DNA of 64,000 nt from IMG/VR virus record IMGVR_UViG_3300032050_000027, one strand, 5' to 3'. The stretch comes from an uncultured virus (IMG/VR IMGVR_UViG_3300032050_000027) (lineage: Duplodnaviria > Heunggongvirae > Uroviricota > Caudoviricetes). The position numbers were made by a program, and so were the translations under genes. Under the pieces are notes generated by a model. It saw nothing but the letters and a program-made list of their open reading frames with translations. It did no database searches and was not told the DNA's origin. Numbering within the stretch: position 1 is the first letter of the stretch; each line of letters starts with the position of its first letter. This document shows positions 48,652-57,323 of this stretch, piece after piece.

Positions 48652-51600
48652 TTAGTTTGCACTCACCTGGAGTATCTTCTTGCTGATGTCGTTGGCTTCA
48701 CTCTGCTTGGCAATTAGTGCATCAATGCCGGCAATCAGCGCATCTGTTTCTGGGGAAGCGTTTTCTTTGGCTATTTTATTTGCCATTTCTGTTCCCAATA
48801 CTGTCATAGCTTCTTTGAACTCTGCAAACATTAAATCAAATGCTTCTTTCTGATTCACACCGTTTTCGGCCACAATATCATTCAATCGTTGACCTAATAG
48901 GGGGCCTGCGCCGTCAAACATTTGAGTGCCTATTTTCATAATATTAGTATCAAAATTTGTTGCAATGCCTGAATTTATAATTTCTTTCCAGGTTGCTGGA
49001 TCAGTGATGGTTTGTGATGCTTTATCAAAAGCCCCCATGGCTGTTGCAATTTCTTTAACTGCGGCAAGATCAGTACTTACTGCTCCTGTATTGTAACCCG
49101 TATATTGATTGTAGCCCATGACTGATGGGCCAATGCCGCCTTCGGCCATTACATCTTTGAAATCCAGCTTGATCGGAATTGGCTTGGATATATTCAGTGG
49201 AATTTCTTTGCCATCCATGGGAATCACAGCTTCTGGACCTTTTTCACCAATCAACGCCAGTGTGGCTTTGTCCACCATGCCGCCATCACCAAATGCCGGG
49301 ATCTGTGCATGGAAGTGGCCACCTGTGGCATTTTTAGTGGCGTTGTGGTACTCATCTATAGCAAGACTGGCTCCTGACTGTTTGAGCCAACTAACAATGC
49401 TTGCACCTTCTTCTCGTGTGGGCTTTTTGTTCAGCACAAAGTCCATGGCCTGGCCTTTGGTATGCAAGCTATTTGGACTTTTTTCATTGTGGAATTGATC
49501 GTTAAATCCTGTAAATGCTGAAAATCCAGGCACTAGACTTTGAACATTTTTAGCCAGCTCAATCAGCTTAGGGCTGATTGCCGCGCCTTCAGCTTGTACA
49601 TCACGATTGGGATCAAATTTGAGGCCCATGGACAACAAATTGTTTTCATTGGCAGTTTTCATGCCTTGGCCGCCACCTGGGCTAACACCGCTACCTCCGC
49701 CCATGCCCCCAGCTGGTGGTGCTGCTGGAATTTTTAGGCCAGTGCCTCCACCCATGCCTGGCGCACCGCCTGAACCCGCAGAACCACTTTGTTCAGATTG
49801 TTCTTGCAGTAGCTCTAAGTTTTCACCCAATATCTGGGTGACACTGTCAAGATATTTTTTGTGAAAATCCACAAACTCTTTTGTGCGTTTGGTGTCTTGA
49901 TCAGTGTAACGTTCAATGCGTTGTATGTCTGTCAAAGTATCACGTTGAGCTACAATTACTGATTCTGTTGTTTTTTTGTTTTTATCGTTTAGCTCGTCAA
50001 CAGATCTCAGTATTGCTTGATATGTGCTACCAACGTTTTGTGTGGTTCTCAAATTGTTAGTCAGTTCGTCATTGGTGTTAGTAACCACAGTTACAGAACT
50101 GCCCATCACTTGAGATATCATATCAACACTGACTTGTCCTGAAGATACAGAAGAAGCCATTGACTCAAACATCTTGCTTAGTTTGTCATTGTTTATAATT
50201 TTTCCTGATTGCTCAGGCACCATGAGCTCTGGACCACGTTCGCCCACAATGTAGGGATTTCGTCTGCTGACAGGTCCGCCAGCGGCACGCCCAGGAGGAG
50301 TTAATGCGGTACCTAATGCATCAGCGCCCATGCCTAAATATTTGCCAAGAACACTACCAAGGGCAGTGGCAATATATGGGCCAATCTTTCCACCTATAGC
50401 GGCTCCAGCCACAGTGCCCGCAGGTCCAAAAAGAGAGCCAACTATTCCACCTGCATAAGTACCAGCTATTTTACCACCCGCCGCACCAGCTAATGCACCA
50501 ACACCAGTTCCAACCATTTCACTGCCGCCAGATCTGTAAAATCCGCCCATGCCGTCTTTTTGTGTGGCTTCTACCACATCAACAGTTTTACCAACAATGA
50601 ATCCTAGTTTTTCGGCAATCCAGTCTGTGAGTTTGACCATTTGTTTCATAAACTTGTCCATCACTGGTTGCAGTTCTTTAAATGCAGTGGCAATAGGTTC
50701 AGTAACTCCGACCAAAGATTTGCTCATGGCAATGGCAGTGCTGATTGATTGCGACACTGTGGTCTCAAATTTTTCATTGGCATTGCGCTGCATTTCACGC
50801 AGTTCAGCCATGGCCCGAGTGTTGGCATCACCCAGGCCACTCATCTGTTTGTTTTGTTCAACGACAATTTCAGCAGCTATCTTACTGATGTCTTGCTGGG
50901 CAAAAATAGCCAGTTTTTGTCCCTGTGCATAATCAATTGCAAAATCATTCAACAGGCCCAGCTGAGCCGTAAAGTTCAAGTCCTTATTGAATTGGCCAAT
51001 TGAGGTACCAATTTGTTTGACAGCTTGATTGGCATCAATTTGACCTGACTGCAATGCTTCACTTGATTGCATCAACTGACCTTGAGTGCTGATCACGCCC
51101 TTGACAGCAGCATCGCTGGTAAGAGCTCCAGATTGAATGTCTCTAAATGCTTGTCCTAACTCTGGAGCCTGCTTGCTCAACATAAGATTAGCTCTCATCA
51201 GTTGATCAGCAGCAGCCATTTGTTGAGGATCCTTGGTCGCTCGCATGGCATCCAGCTTGGCACGGAATCTCTGTTCGCTGAGAGCAGATTCCATTTGCTT
51301 TTCAATTTCTTGACGTTGCATGCCTGTGAGCTTGCTGAGGCCGTCCATTTCAACAAGATATTTTCTAGCACCAGTAGCCAGTTCTTGGTTGGTTTTGTTT
51401 TGACTCTGACCAATCAAAGTTTGCAGTCTCAAATAGCCAGCTGTTCCTTCAATCTGATCTTCCAGACTGATACCAGCTGCCTCTAAGCTGACCCGGAAAG
51501 GCTTCATGGCCGCACCAATGTTGGCAAATGCCTGACGTCCTTCAAATGCTGTGCCTTTGAACAAGGCCAATTCTGCGCTGTTGGCTGCTACTGCATTGGT

Positions 51601-52128
51601 GTATACACCCAGCTCTTTCATGCTCAAGCCAAGCTTCTTGGCGTCGCGGAAGATGCCCATCATGCCATCTGAACCAGCCAGGCCAGCTTTGGCCATTTTG
51701 GTATTGGCAGCAAACAAGTTGTCGGCCATGTCGTTGGCCGCCTGAGTCATCTTAATACTAGCGCCAACTGCGGCTGTGCCCAGACCAATTAGAGCTTTGA
51801 TCAAGAACCCGCCAGGCACCAAGAAAGTCAACGCAGCACCGGCTGCGGTAACTGCTTTGCTCATGCTGTCAAGTGAACTGTTAAATGCTGCGGCGCCTTT
51901 TTGGCCATCGTACATGGCTTTGCCGGCTGCAAGACCTGCACCTGCTAGGTTTCCCAGCGCACCTGCTGTTAACGCACTGGCCTTGTCAAGTTCTTTTGCT
52001 CGACGGAAACTTCCTGCTGCCAGTGCTGCCTGGGTATCTTCAGTAACTCGCCCAAAATTTCTAAGGTCGTCAGAAACTCGTGCTATGACTTCAGCCATTT
52101 CTTGTGATGCTTGATTTACGTCCGCCAT
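48652..52128 (-). CDS. Tape measure-like protein with a C-terminal M15/LAS-type peptidase module
   Basis: Ala/Gly helical body; GERGPE and GEKGPE repeats; SLHTKGQAMDF..GGHFH. Confidence 0.75.
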   Translation of the reverse strand: MADVNQASQEMAEVIARVSDDLRNFGRVTEDTQAALAAGSFRRAKELDKASALTAGALGNLAGAGLAAGKAMYDGQKGAAAFNSSLDSMSKAVTAAGAALTFLVPGGFLIKALIGLGTAAVGASIKMTQAANDMADNLFAANTKMAKAGLAGSDGMMGIFRDAKKLGLSMKELGVYTNAVAANSAELALFKGTAFEGRQAFANIGAAMKPFRVSLEAAGISLEDQIEGTAGYLRLQTLIGQSQNKTNQELATGARKYLVEMDGLSKLTGMQRQEIEKQMESALSEQRFRAKLDAMRATKDPQQMAAADQLMRANLMLSKQAPELGQAFRDIQSGALTSDAAVKGVISTQGQLMQSSEALQSGQIDANQAVKQIGTSIGQFNKDLNFTAQLGLLNDFAIDYAQGQKLAIFAQQDISKIAAEIVVEQNKQMSGLGDANTRAMAELREMQRNANEKFETTVSQSISTAIAMSKSLVGVTEPIATAFKELQPVMDKFMKQMVKLTDWIAEKLGFIVGKTVDVVEATQKDGMGGFYRSGGSEMVGTGVGALAGAAGGKIAGTYAGGIVGSLFGPAGTVAGAAIGGKIGPYIATALGSVLGKYLGMGADALGTALTPPGRAAGGPVSRRNPYIVGERGPELMVPEQSGKIINNDKLSKMFESMASSVSSGQVSVDMISQVMGSSVTVVTNTNDELTNNLRTTQNVGSTYQAILRSVDELNDKNKKTTESVIVAQRDTLTDIQRIERYTDQDTKRTKEFVDFHKKYLDSVTQILGENLELLQEQSEQSGSAGSGGAPGMGGGTGLKIPAAPPAGGMGGGSGVSPGGGQGMKTANENNLLSMGLKFDPNRDVQAEGAAISPKLIELAKNVQSLVPGFSAFTGFNDQFHNEKSPNSLHTKGQAMDFVLNKKPTREEGASIVSWLKQSGASLAIDEYHNATKNATGGHFHAQIPAFGDGGMVDKATLALIGEKGPEAVIPMDGKEIPLNISKPIPIKLDFKDVMAEGGIGPSVMGYNQYTGYNTGAVSTDLAAVKEIATAMGAFDKASQTITDPATWKEIINSGIATNFDTNIMKIGTQMFDGAGPLLGQRLNDIVAENGVNQKEAFDLMFAEFKEAMTVLGTEMANKIAKENASPETDALIAGIDALIAKQSEANDISKKILQVSAN

Positions 52129-52169
52129 TGAAAAACACCTATAAGTAGAAGTATATTTATGGGTACACT

Positions 52170-53015
52170 ATGAACCAAAATCACAATCCACTTAGACAAT
52201 TTTTTAGACAACCAGCAATTTACTTGCGGTTGCCCAGCCAGGGCAAATACTGGCCCGAAGGCAGCTTAGACGTGCCTCAAAACGGTGAGCTGCCTGTTTA
52301 TCCCATGACAGCCATTGACGAAATCACCTATCGCACGCCAGATGCGCTGTTTAGCGGGCAAGCTGTGGTCAATGTAATACACAGTTGTGTGCCGTCAATT
52401 AAGAATGCCTGGCATGCTCCTGTGGCAGATTTGAATTCTATCCTAGTTGCTATTCGTATTGCCAGCTACGGGCATGAGCTTGAAATTGAAACTACATGTC
52501 CTGCTTGCAAACACATTGAGAGTTTTGCGTTAGACTTGCGCAATGCACTGGATCAGTTGACCATGCCGGACTTTTCTGCCACAGTAACTTATGGTGATTT
52601 GGAAATTTATTTTCATCCCATGAGTTACGAAAAGCAAAATGAAATCAATCTTGAGCAGTTTGAAAATCAACGCATGATGCGCAACATCAGCATGGATACT
52701 GAGCTCACCGAAGACGAAAAGTTACAAAAACTAGCAGAAGTGATGAAAATACTAACTCAGCTGACCATGCGAGCTCTCAAGTACTCAATTTCAGCAATTC
52801 GTACACCAAATGCTGTTGTGTCAGAGACTGAGCACATTGATGAATTTTTGCAAAACTGCGATCGTCAAATTTTTGTTGCTGTTAGAGATCACGCAGTTGA
52901 CTTGCGCAATCGTACAGAACTGAAACCTGTGCATCTCACTTGCAGTGAATGCAATCACGAACATGATCAAGCACTAAATCTGGATCTTACAAATTTTTTC
53001 GAAGCCGCCTCCTGA
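52170..53015 (+). CDS. gp26: Baseplate hub assembly protein/tail assembly chaperone (gp26-like)
   Basis: YLRLPSQG..PMTAIDE..D..LVAIRIASYG..CPAC..CSEC..NFF; divergent from the tape measure gene. Confidence 0.8.
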   Translation: MNQNHNPLRQFFRQPAIYLRLPSQGKYWPEGSLDVPQNGELPVYPMTAIDEITYRTPDALFSGQAVVNVIHSCVPSIKNAWHAPVADLNSILVAIRIASYGHELEIETTCPACKHIESFALDLRNALDQLTMPDFSATVTYGDLEIYFHPMSYEKQNEINLEQFENQRMMRNISMDTELTEDEKLQKLAEVMKILTQLTMRALKYSISAIRTPNAVVSETEHIDEFLQNCDRQIFVAVRDHAVDLRNRTELKPVHLTCSECNHEHDQALNLDLTNFFEAAS

Positions 53016-53067
53016 TCCTCCCAGTAGAGGAAATTGGCGAGTACATTGACAGCCTTGATCAGGAGGC
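52991..53067 (+). promoter_or_regulatory. Programmed -1 ribosomal frameshift signal
   Basis: A_AAT_TTT_TTC overlapping slippery heptamers, 6-nt spacer, 11-bp stem GCCTCCTGATC (53007-53017) / GATCAGGAGGC (53057-53067). Confidence 0.75.
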
Positions 53068-53230
53068 CAACGCAATTAGATCAAACAGTTTAAGATTGGC
53101 TTGGTTAATGCGCGGCGGACTCACCTACGATCAGGTGTTGGCACTAAGTTTCACTGAAAGAAAAATGATCAGCAAGATAGCCGAAGAAAACATGGAAACC
53201 ACCAACAAAACTAAACTGCCGTATTTCTAA
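53000..53230 (+). CDS. gp51-like segment in the -1 frame of the gp26-like gene (not in ORF track)
   Basis: 76 open codons RSRLLILPVEEIGEYIDSLDQEANAIRSNSLRLAWLMRGGLTYDQVLALSFTERKMISKIAEENMETTNKTKLPYF*; TAATG-coupled to the next gene. Confidence 0.75.
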   Translation, partial: RSRLLILPVEEIGEYIDSLDQEANAIRSNSLRLAWLMRGGLTYDQVLALSFTERKMISKIAEENMETTNKTKLPYF

Positions 53231-53730
53231 TGGACTTAGATACAGTTAAACAAGATATTGAAAACTGGATTGTGAACTTTGTAGAAGTTCCACATCCTGC
53301 TCTTGGAGGCTGGGCTCCTTGTCCATACGCACGCTCAGCACGCATGAAAAAAAGCTACGATGTACATGTTGGCGTAGATCCTTACTTTGATCTTAAAAAT
53401 CGAGCACGATGGGGCATGGGCGATAAGGAAGTTATTATCTATGCTTACGATCCTGTGGAATGGCCATATGAATTGTTCAGTGACAGTTTGAAAAATGCCA
53501 ACAAGGAACATTTGTTACGCAACGATCTACTTGCACTAGAGGATCATCCCGCAGACGTTGAGATGGTGAACGGTGTGTGTATGAATCAAGGCAAGTATGC
53601 TCTAGCTCTAGTGCAAAGTCTCAGCGACTTAAACAACAAAGCCAAACTTATGGCTGAGAAGGGATTCTATCACAACTGGCCAGAAGAGTATCTTGCGGGA
53701 CTGTTTGAACATCGTAAGGATCCAAGATGA
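53230..53730 (+). CDS. Hypothetical protein (DUF1415-like CPYA motif)
   Basis: W...FVE.PHP.LGG.APCPYA; DHP. Confidence 0.55.
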   Translation: MDLDTVKQDIENWIVNFVEVPHPALGGWAPCPYARSARMKKSYDVHVGVDPYFDLKNRARWGMGDKEVIIYAYDPVEWPYELFSDSLKNANKEHLLRNDLLALEDHPADVEMVNGVCMNQGKYALALVQSLSDLNNKAKLMAEKGFYHNWPEEYLAGLFEHRKDPR

Positions 53731-54161
53731 GCTATCAGTTTGCCAGAATCGATCTCAGCCAGACCAACTACACACCAAATGTAAAGTGGGAGTATTTGCG
53801 TGAGCCCAACATCAAACAGCTAAACTCTATCTACAGAGACTATTGCAAATACAAACATTTTGCAAGTGTGATGCCTATATTTGACTGTCGTTACACAGAC
53901 CCAATGACAGATGTAATAGGATATTACGATCAAAATCGATTGGTTGCATTCAGTTTGATCCGACGCTATGATGATCATAACGCACTGTGCGATCAATTTG
54001 CATGGAACTACAACAATCCTAAACTACGGTTGGGAATTGAAACAATGAAAACAGAGTGTGCTATCTACAAGGAACGAGGATTCCAATACTTGTATCTTGA
54101 GCAAGCACACCTATACAAATCCAACATGGACGGATTTGAAATACTAGGACCACTGGAGTAA
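53727..54161 (+). CDS. GNAT-fold protein resembling the arginyl-tRNA-protein transferase (ATE/Bpt) C-terminal domain
   Basis: YYDQNRLVAFS..FAWNY..PKLRLG..E..Y..GFQYLYL..YK. Confidence 0.55.
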   Translation: MSYQFARIDLSQTNYTPNVKWEYLREPNIKQLNSIYRDYCKYKHFASVMPIFDCRYTDPMTDVIGYYDQNRLVAFSLIRRYDDHNALCDQFAWNYNNPKLRLGIETMKTECAIYKERGFQYLYLEQAHLYKSNMDGFEILGPLE

Positions 54162-54163
54162 CT

Positions 54164-54499
54164 ATGGATTTATATACAATTTGGGCAGACAAAGAAGGCG
54201 ACATCTCAGACTTAGACTGGGTCAACGGAATGAAAAGTTTCTTTGATCATTTGATATCAGAAGACAAGATGGTAGACTATCGTATCACAAGATGCAAGAT
54301 GGGATTCCGTTCAATTGCGGACATGCCTGAATGGATGATTATCATGGAGTTCCGAGACATGGGTCAAATGGACTCGGCTTTCAAACGAGTAGCACCGCTT
54401 GAGGGTGAACTTGAAGTCAAACACAAGTCATTCAATCAATTTGTGTCAGGCAATATTCAACATGCTTTATTTAGAGACTGGCCAGACACATTTGTATGA
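54164..54499 (+). CDS. Hypothetical dimeric alpha/beta-barrel-like protein (DUF6614-like)
   Basis: YTIW..FFDHL..YRITRCKMGF..EWMIIMEF..QMDSAF..H..FRDWPD. Confidence 0.5.
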   Translation: MDLYTIWADKEGDISDLDWVNGMKSFFDHLISEDKMVDYRITRCKMGFRSIADMPEWMIIMEFRDMGQMDSAFKRVAPLEGELEVKHKSFNQFVSGNIQHALFRDWPDTFV

Positions 54500-55020
54500 A
54501 CATCCTCGATCATGTACCTGTAGTACCTGATTGGCCCAAACCAGGTATTAACTTTTTTGACGTAACTGGCATTCTTGCCAATCCAGAAGCATTTGATTAC
54601 TGCTGTGGATGGTTAAAGCATCAAGCACATTGGTATAATGCTTCCAGTCTTGTGGCTGTGGAAAGCCGTGGCTTTGTGTTTGCGGCACCTGTAGCAAGAC
54701 AATTAGGACTTCCACTAATCCTAGTACGTAAACGTGGCAAATTGCCCGGCCCCACAATACAACACAGCTATCAAACTGAATACAGCACTGATACCATTGA
54801 AATGCACCCACACGCTCCAGTAGGCGCACATCCATTGATTGTGGATGACTTGCTAGCCACTGGAGGCACTATAATGGCCACAGCAAATCTAATTCGCAGT
54901 CATTGGATTGACACTAAAATTTCTGCTGCTGTGATTATAAACTTGCAGAACTTGCCTGGAGGGACAGCATTGACTCGGCACAATATTATGTGGGAAGGAA
55001 TGGTCAATGTTGATGAATGA
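54496..55020 (+). CDS. apt: Adenine phosphoribosyltransferase
   Basis: PDWPKPGINFFD, ESRGF, RKRGKLPG, EYS, IVDDLLATGGT. Confidence 0.93.
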   Translation: MNILDHVPVVPDWPKPGINFFDVTGILANPEAFDYCCGWLKHQAHWYNASSLVAVESRGFVFAAPVARQLGLPLILVRKRGKLPGPTIQHSYQTEYSTDTIEMHPHAPVGAHPLIVDDLLATGGTIMATANLIRSHWIDTKISAAVIINLQNLPGGTALTRHNIMWEGMVNVDE

Positions 55021-55549
55021 TATTATTTTAATAGCTATTCGAGCAGAAGCACCAGATCTCAGCCACATGATGAACTTGTTTTACACTGGTGTGGGCAAGG
55101 TTAACGCTGCCATCACTGCCAGTGAAGTTATCACAAAGTATCGTCCCCGGCGTATCATTAACTTTGGCACAGCTGGTGGTATAACAGTCGCACCAGGATT
55201 CTATCAATGCACTCAGTTTGTGCAAAGAGACATGACTTGTGAAGCATTAGGGTGTACCCCAGGACAAACACCTTTTGAAACTAGCACACACATTGGCAAC
55301 TCTACTGGCTTAACTTGCAGTACTGGTGACAACTTTGTGATGAATCCCATACTACAAATACCAGCAGATGTTGTAGACATGGAAGCCTATGCCATTGCCA
55401 AAGCATGCGAGAAATATGGAGTTGAGTTTGTGTGTTGGAAATACATCAGCGATCAAGCCAACCAACACGCACACAATGATTGGCAACAACAAGTTGCTCA
55501 AGGACAATCACATTATGTCAACAAACTCAAAGAGTTAAACTTATTATAA
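55013..55549 (+). CDS. mtnN: MTA/SAH nucleosidase-like (PNP_UDP_1 family)
   Basis: GVGKVNAA, INFGTAGG, STGDNFV, VDMEAYAIA, KYISD; alternative start 55007. Confidence 0.85.
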   Translation: MNDIILIAIRAEAPDLSHMMNLFYTGVGKVNAAITASEVITKYRPRRIINFGTAGGITVAPGFYQCTQFVQRDMTCEALGCTPGQTPFETSTHIGNSTGLTCSTGDNFVMNPILQIPADVVDMEAYAIAKACEKYGVEFVCWKYISDQANQHAHNDWQQQVAQGQSHYVNKLKELNLL

Positions 55550-55619
55550 GACTTGCTACGCAAGTCTATTAACTTCGCTTGCGCTCGTTAATTGATTGAT
55601 TTTCAAGAGCGAAGCGATT

Positions 55620-56007
55620 AAGTATTCATGTAGATAGATCTAGTCAGACGGAACCGTTTTGCGCGGTTCCGCTGTTGTCTTCATGTGAGTATCACTAGCC
55701 AAGACATTGGAAGTAGGTAATTTATTATACACCGTATGCTAAAGGACTCTGTGCTTTTCCTTCCTACCACGATACACATATTTCTACGTGCTCTAAACCT
55801 CGTTCCTAGTGTTTAGATTTTTATAGCCGGTGTTCTCGTATGCTAACATTCATACTATATCAATGCGTCGGCCCTATTGTTCTAGCCTCAGACTCACTTC
55901 CAATTTTTCAGGATAGTCAGATTTACTGACGGGAGTGCCTCAATATGTCACGTGTCCGGTTATTCCCCGGTTTTTCCACAGCGGTATTACAAACTGGCCC
56001 GCCAACC
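55620..56007 (-). ncRNA. Candidate large structured non-coding RNA
   Basis: No ORF of 60 aa or more; at least 10 short stems, including CACGUA-GAAA-UAUGUG and CGGAACCG/CGGUUCCG. Confidence 0.5.
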
Positions 56008-56274
56008 TTAAGTGTTAGGTAAAATATAACCTTTTGGAATCCAATTAACAAATTTTCCACCGCAAGTGTTGCAAACTATTTTGCCTGCATGCGGTCCGGT
56101 AGGTTTGTTGACTATTTCCCATTCATGATTTTCGTGTATGCCTAATTGTTGCCTGAGTTTTTTTCGTTGTTCGTGCCATGCTTTATCAAATCCTGTCTTT
56201 GGATTAGTCCAATACGGATCATTCAAAAAGCCAGTGTCGCTTTTGTTAGTTTTACTGTAGTCAAGTTTAGTCAT
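56008..56274 (-). CDS. Small protein with a zinc-ribbon-like motif
   Basis: H..PHAGKIVCNTCGGKFVNW; coupled to the GIY-YIG gene. Confidence 0.6.
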   Translation of the reverse strand: MTKLDYSKTNKSDTGFLNDPYWTNPKTGFDKAWHEQRKKLRQQLGIHENHEWEIVNKPTGPHAGKIVCNTCGGKFVNWIPKGYILPNT

Positions 56275-56699
56275 AATTTTCCTACGATGTGTGAGCCATG
56301 CACACGAACTTGAATATGGCCGTTATAATAATCTGTTGATTCCAATACTTTTCTTGTGAACTGTTCTCTTGCTTCAATGTACGAACATTCTGATTTTGAT
56401 TTACAATAGTAAAGTATTTCTCTGGTAAAGTTTTCGGTGCCTAAAGTGATTACGTCTGCGGTTAATTCTGGGCTTGACCCGTAGTACTCTCTCCAATCTG
56501 AATCAATCTTTGATCGTATCTTCTTCCGCTTCTTTGTGCCGTTCTTTTGTTTGACTATTTTGTATGTTGTTTTGCTAAATTTTGCTAATTTTTTGCCTAT
56601 GTACTTGCGTCCAGATAGATTATTTGTGATTAGATAAACAAAACCTACACATTCTTCGGGCAGAGTCTCAACTGGGGTGTCTTGATGTAGCCATGTCAT
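56271..56699 (-). CDS. GIY-YIG endonuclease (single-domain, EndoII/Seg-like)
   Basis: GFVYLITNNLSGRKYIGKK..SDWREYYGSS..FTREIL..E..YYN. Confidence 0.85.
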   Translation of the reverse strand: MTWLHQDTPVETLPEECVGFVYLITNNLSGRKYIGKKLAKFSKTTYKIVKQKNGTKKRKKIRSKIDSDWREYYGSSPELTADVITLGTENFTREILYYCKSKSECSYIEAREQFTRKVLESTDYYNGHIQVRVHGSHIVGKL

Positions 56700-56732
56700 G
56701 TGCGTTTAGTGGGTTTGCCTTTCGTGTTATAG

Positions 56733-57323
56733 TTATGATTTATGATCAAAGTTTACGTAAAAAGTTGCCTCTTCTATCACTGTGTTTGGACCAACAGAGA
56801 TAGCGTATGTTATAAAATTGCTAATATCTTTTAAATTAATGCCGTTTCCTGTCCAGGTGGGCCGTCCACGACTTAGTTCTGTGTCCAAGCGATCAGGTGT
56901 GATTAGCGTGGTTCTGAACTGCACCAGATTTTGTTTGAATGACTGGGTGCCCTGCCTGCTGGCATGTGCCAGTGCCGCCTTGGCCACGCGGTACGTTTCA
57001 AATCTAGGCTCAGCAGCAACAATATGATGCTCGCCCACTGATCCAATATTAAAGATGTGCCCACTTTTGCCAGCGTTTTTCCACTTGTCGTATACTGCCA
57101 TGTACAAGTTTGTTTGTGCAAAGTTGGCCCAGGCTTCTTGTGGTGGCCCATCAAATGCATTGTTTACAAACACATCATAATTCAAACTTTGTTGAGCAAT
57201 CAATTTGACTGCTTGGTCATCAGTGATATCCAAGTTTGTGGATCTGCTGACACTGTCAGCACCAAACACATCCACTAGGTGTTGCCCCAGTCCTCGGTTA
57301 CCGCCTGTAACTAACATTTTCAT
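56733..57323 (-). CDS. Short-chain dehydrogenase/reductase
   Basis: TGGNRGLG, FVNNA, NIGS, YRVAK; start at ATGA overlap with SD GGAGG. Confidence 0.88.
   Translation of the reverse strand: MKMLVTGGNRGLGQHLVDVFGADSVSRSTNLDITDDQAVKLIAQQSLNYDVFVNNAFDGPPQEAWANFAQTNLYMAVYDKWKNAGKSGHIFNIGSVGEHHIVAAEPRFETYRVAKAALAHASRQGTQSFKQNLVQFRTTLITPDRLDTELSRGRPTWTGNGINLKDISNFITYAISVGPNTVIEEATFYVNFDHKS

Noticed and set aside
55885..55930. Group I intron-like P7 pairing (GACU/AGUC)
   Set aside because: No interrupted gene flanks it and the other core elements are not recognisable
55820..55982. Resemblance to RNase P RNA (GUGGAAAAACCGGGG ... AGAACACCGGCUAUA on minus)
   Set aside because: The GAGGAAAGUCC core is not matched, the CCGG has a local hairpin partner and the spacing is short
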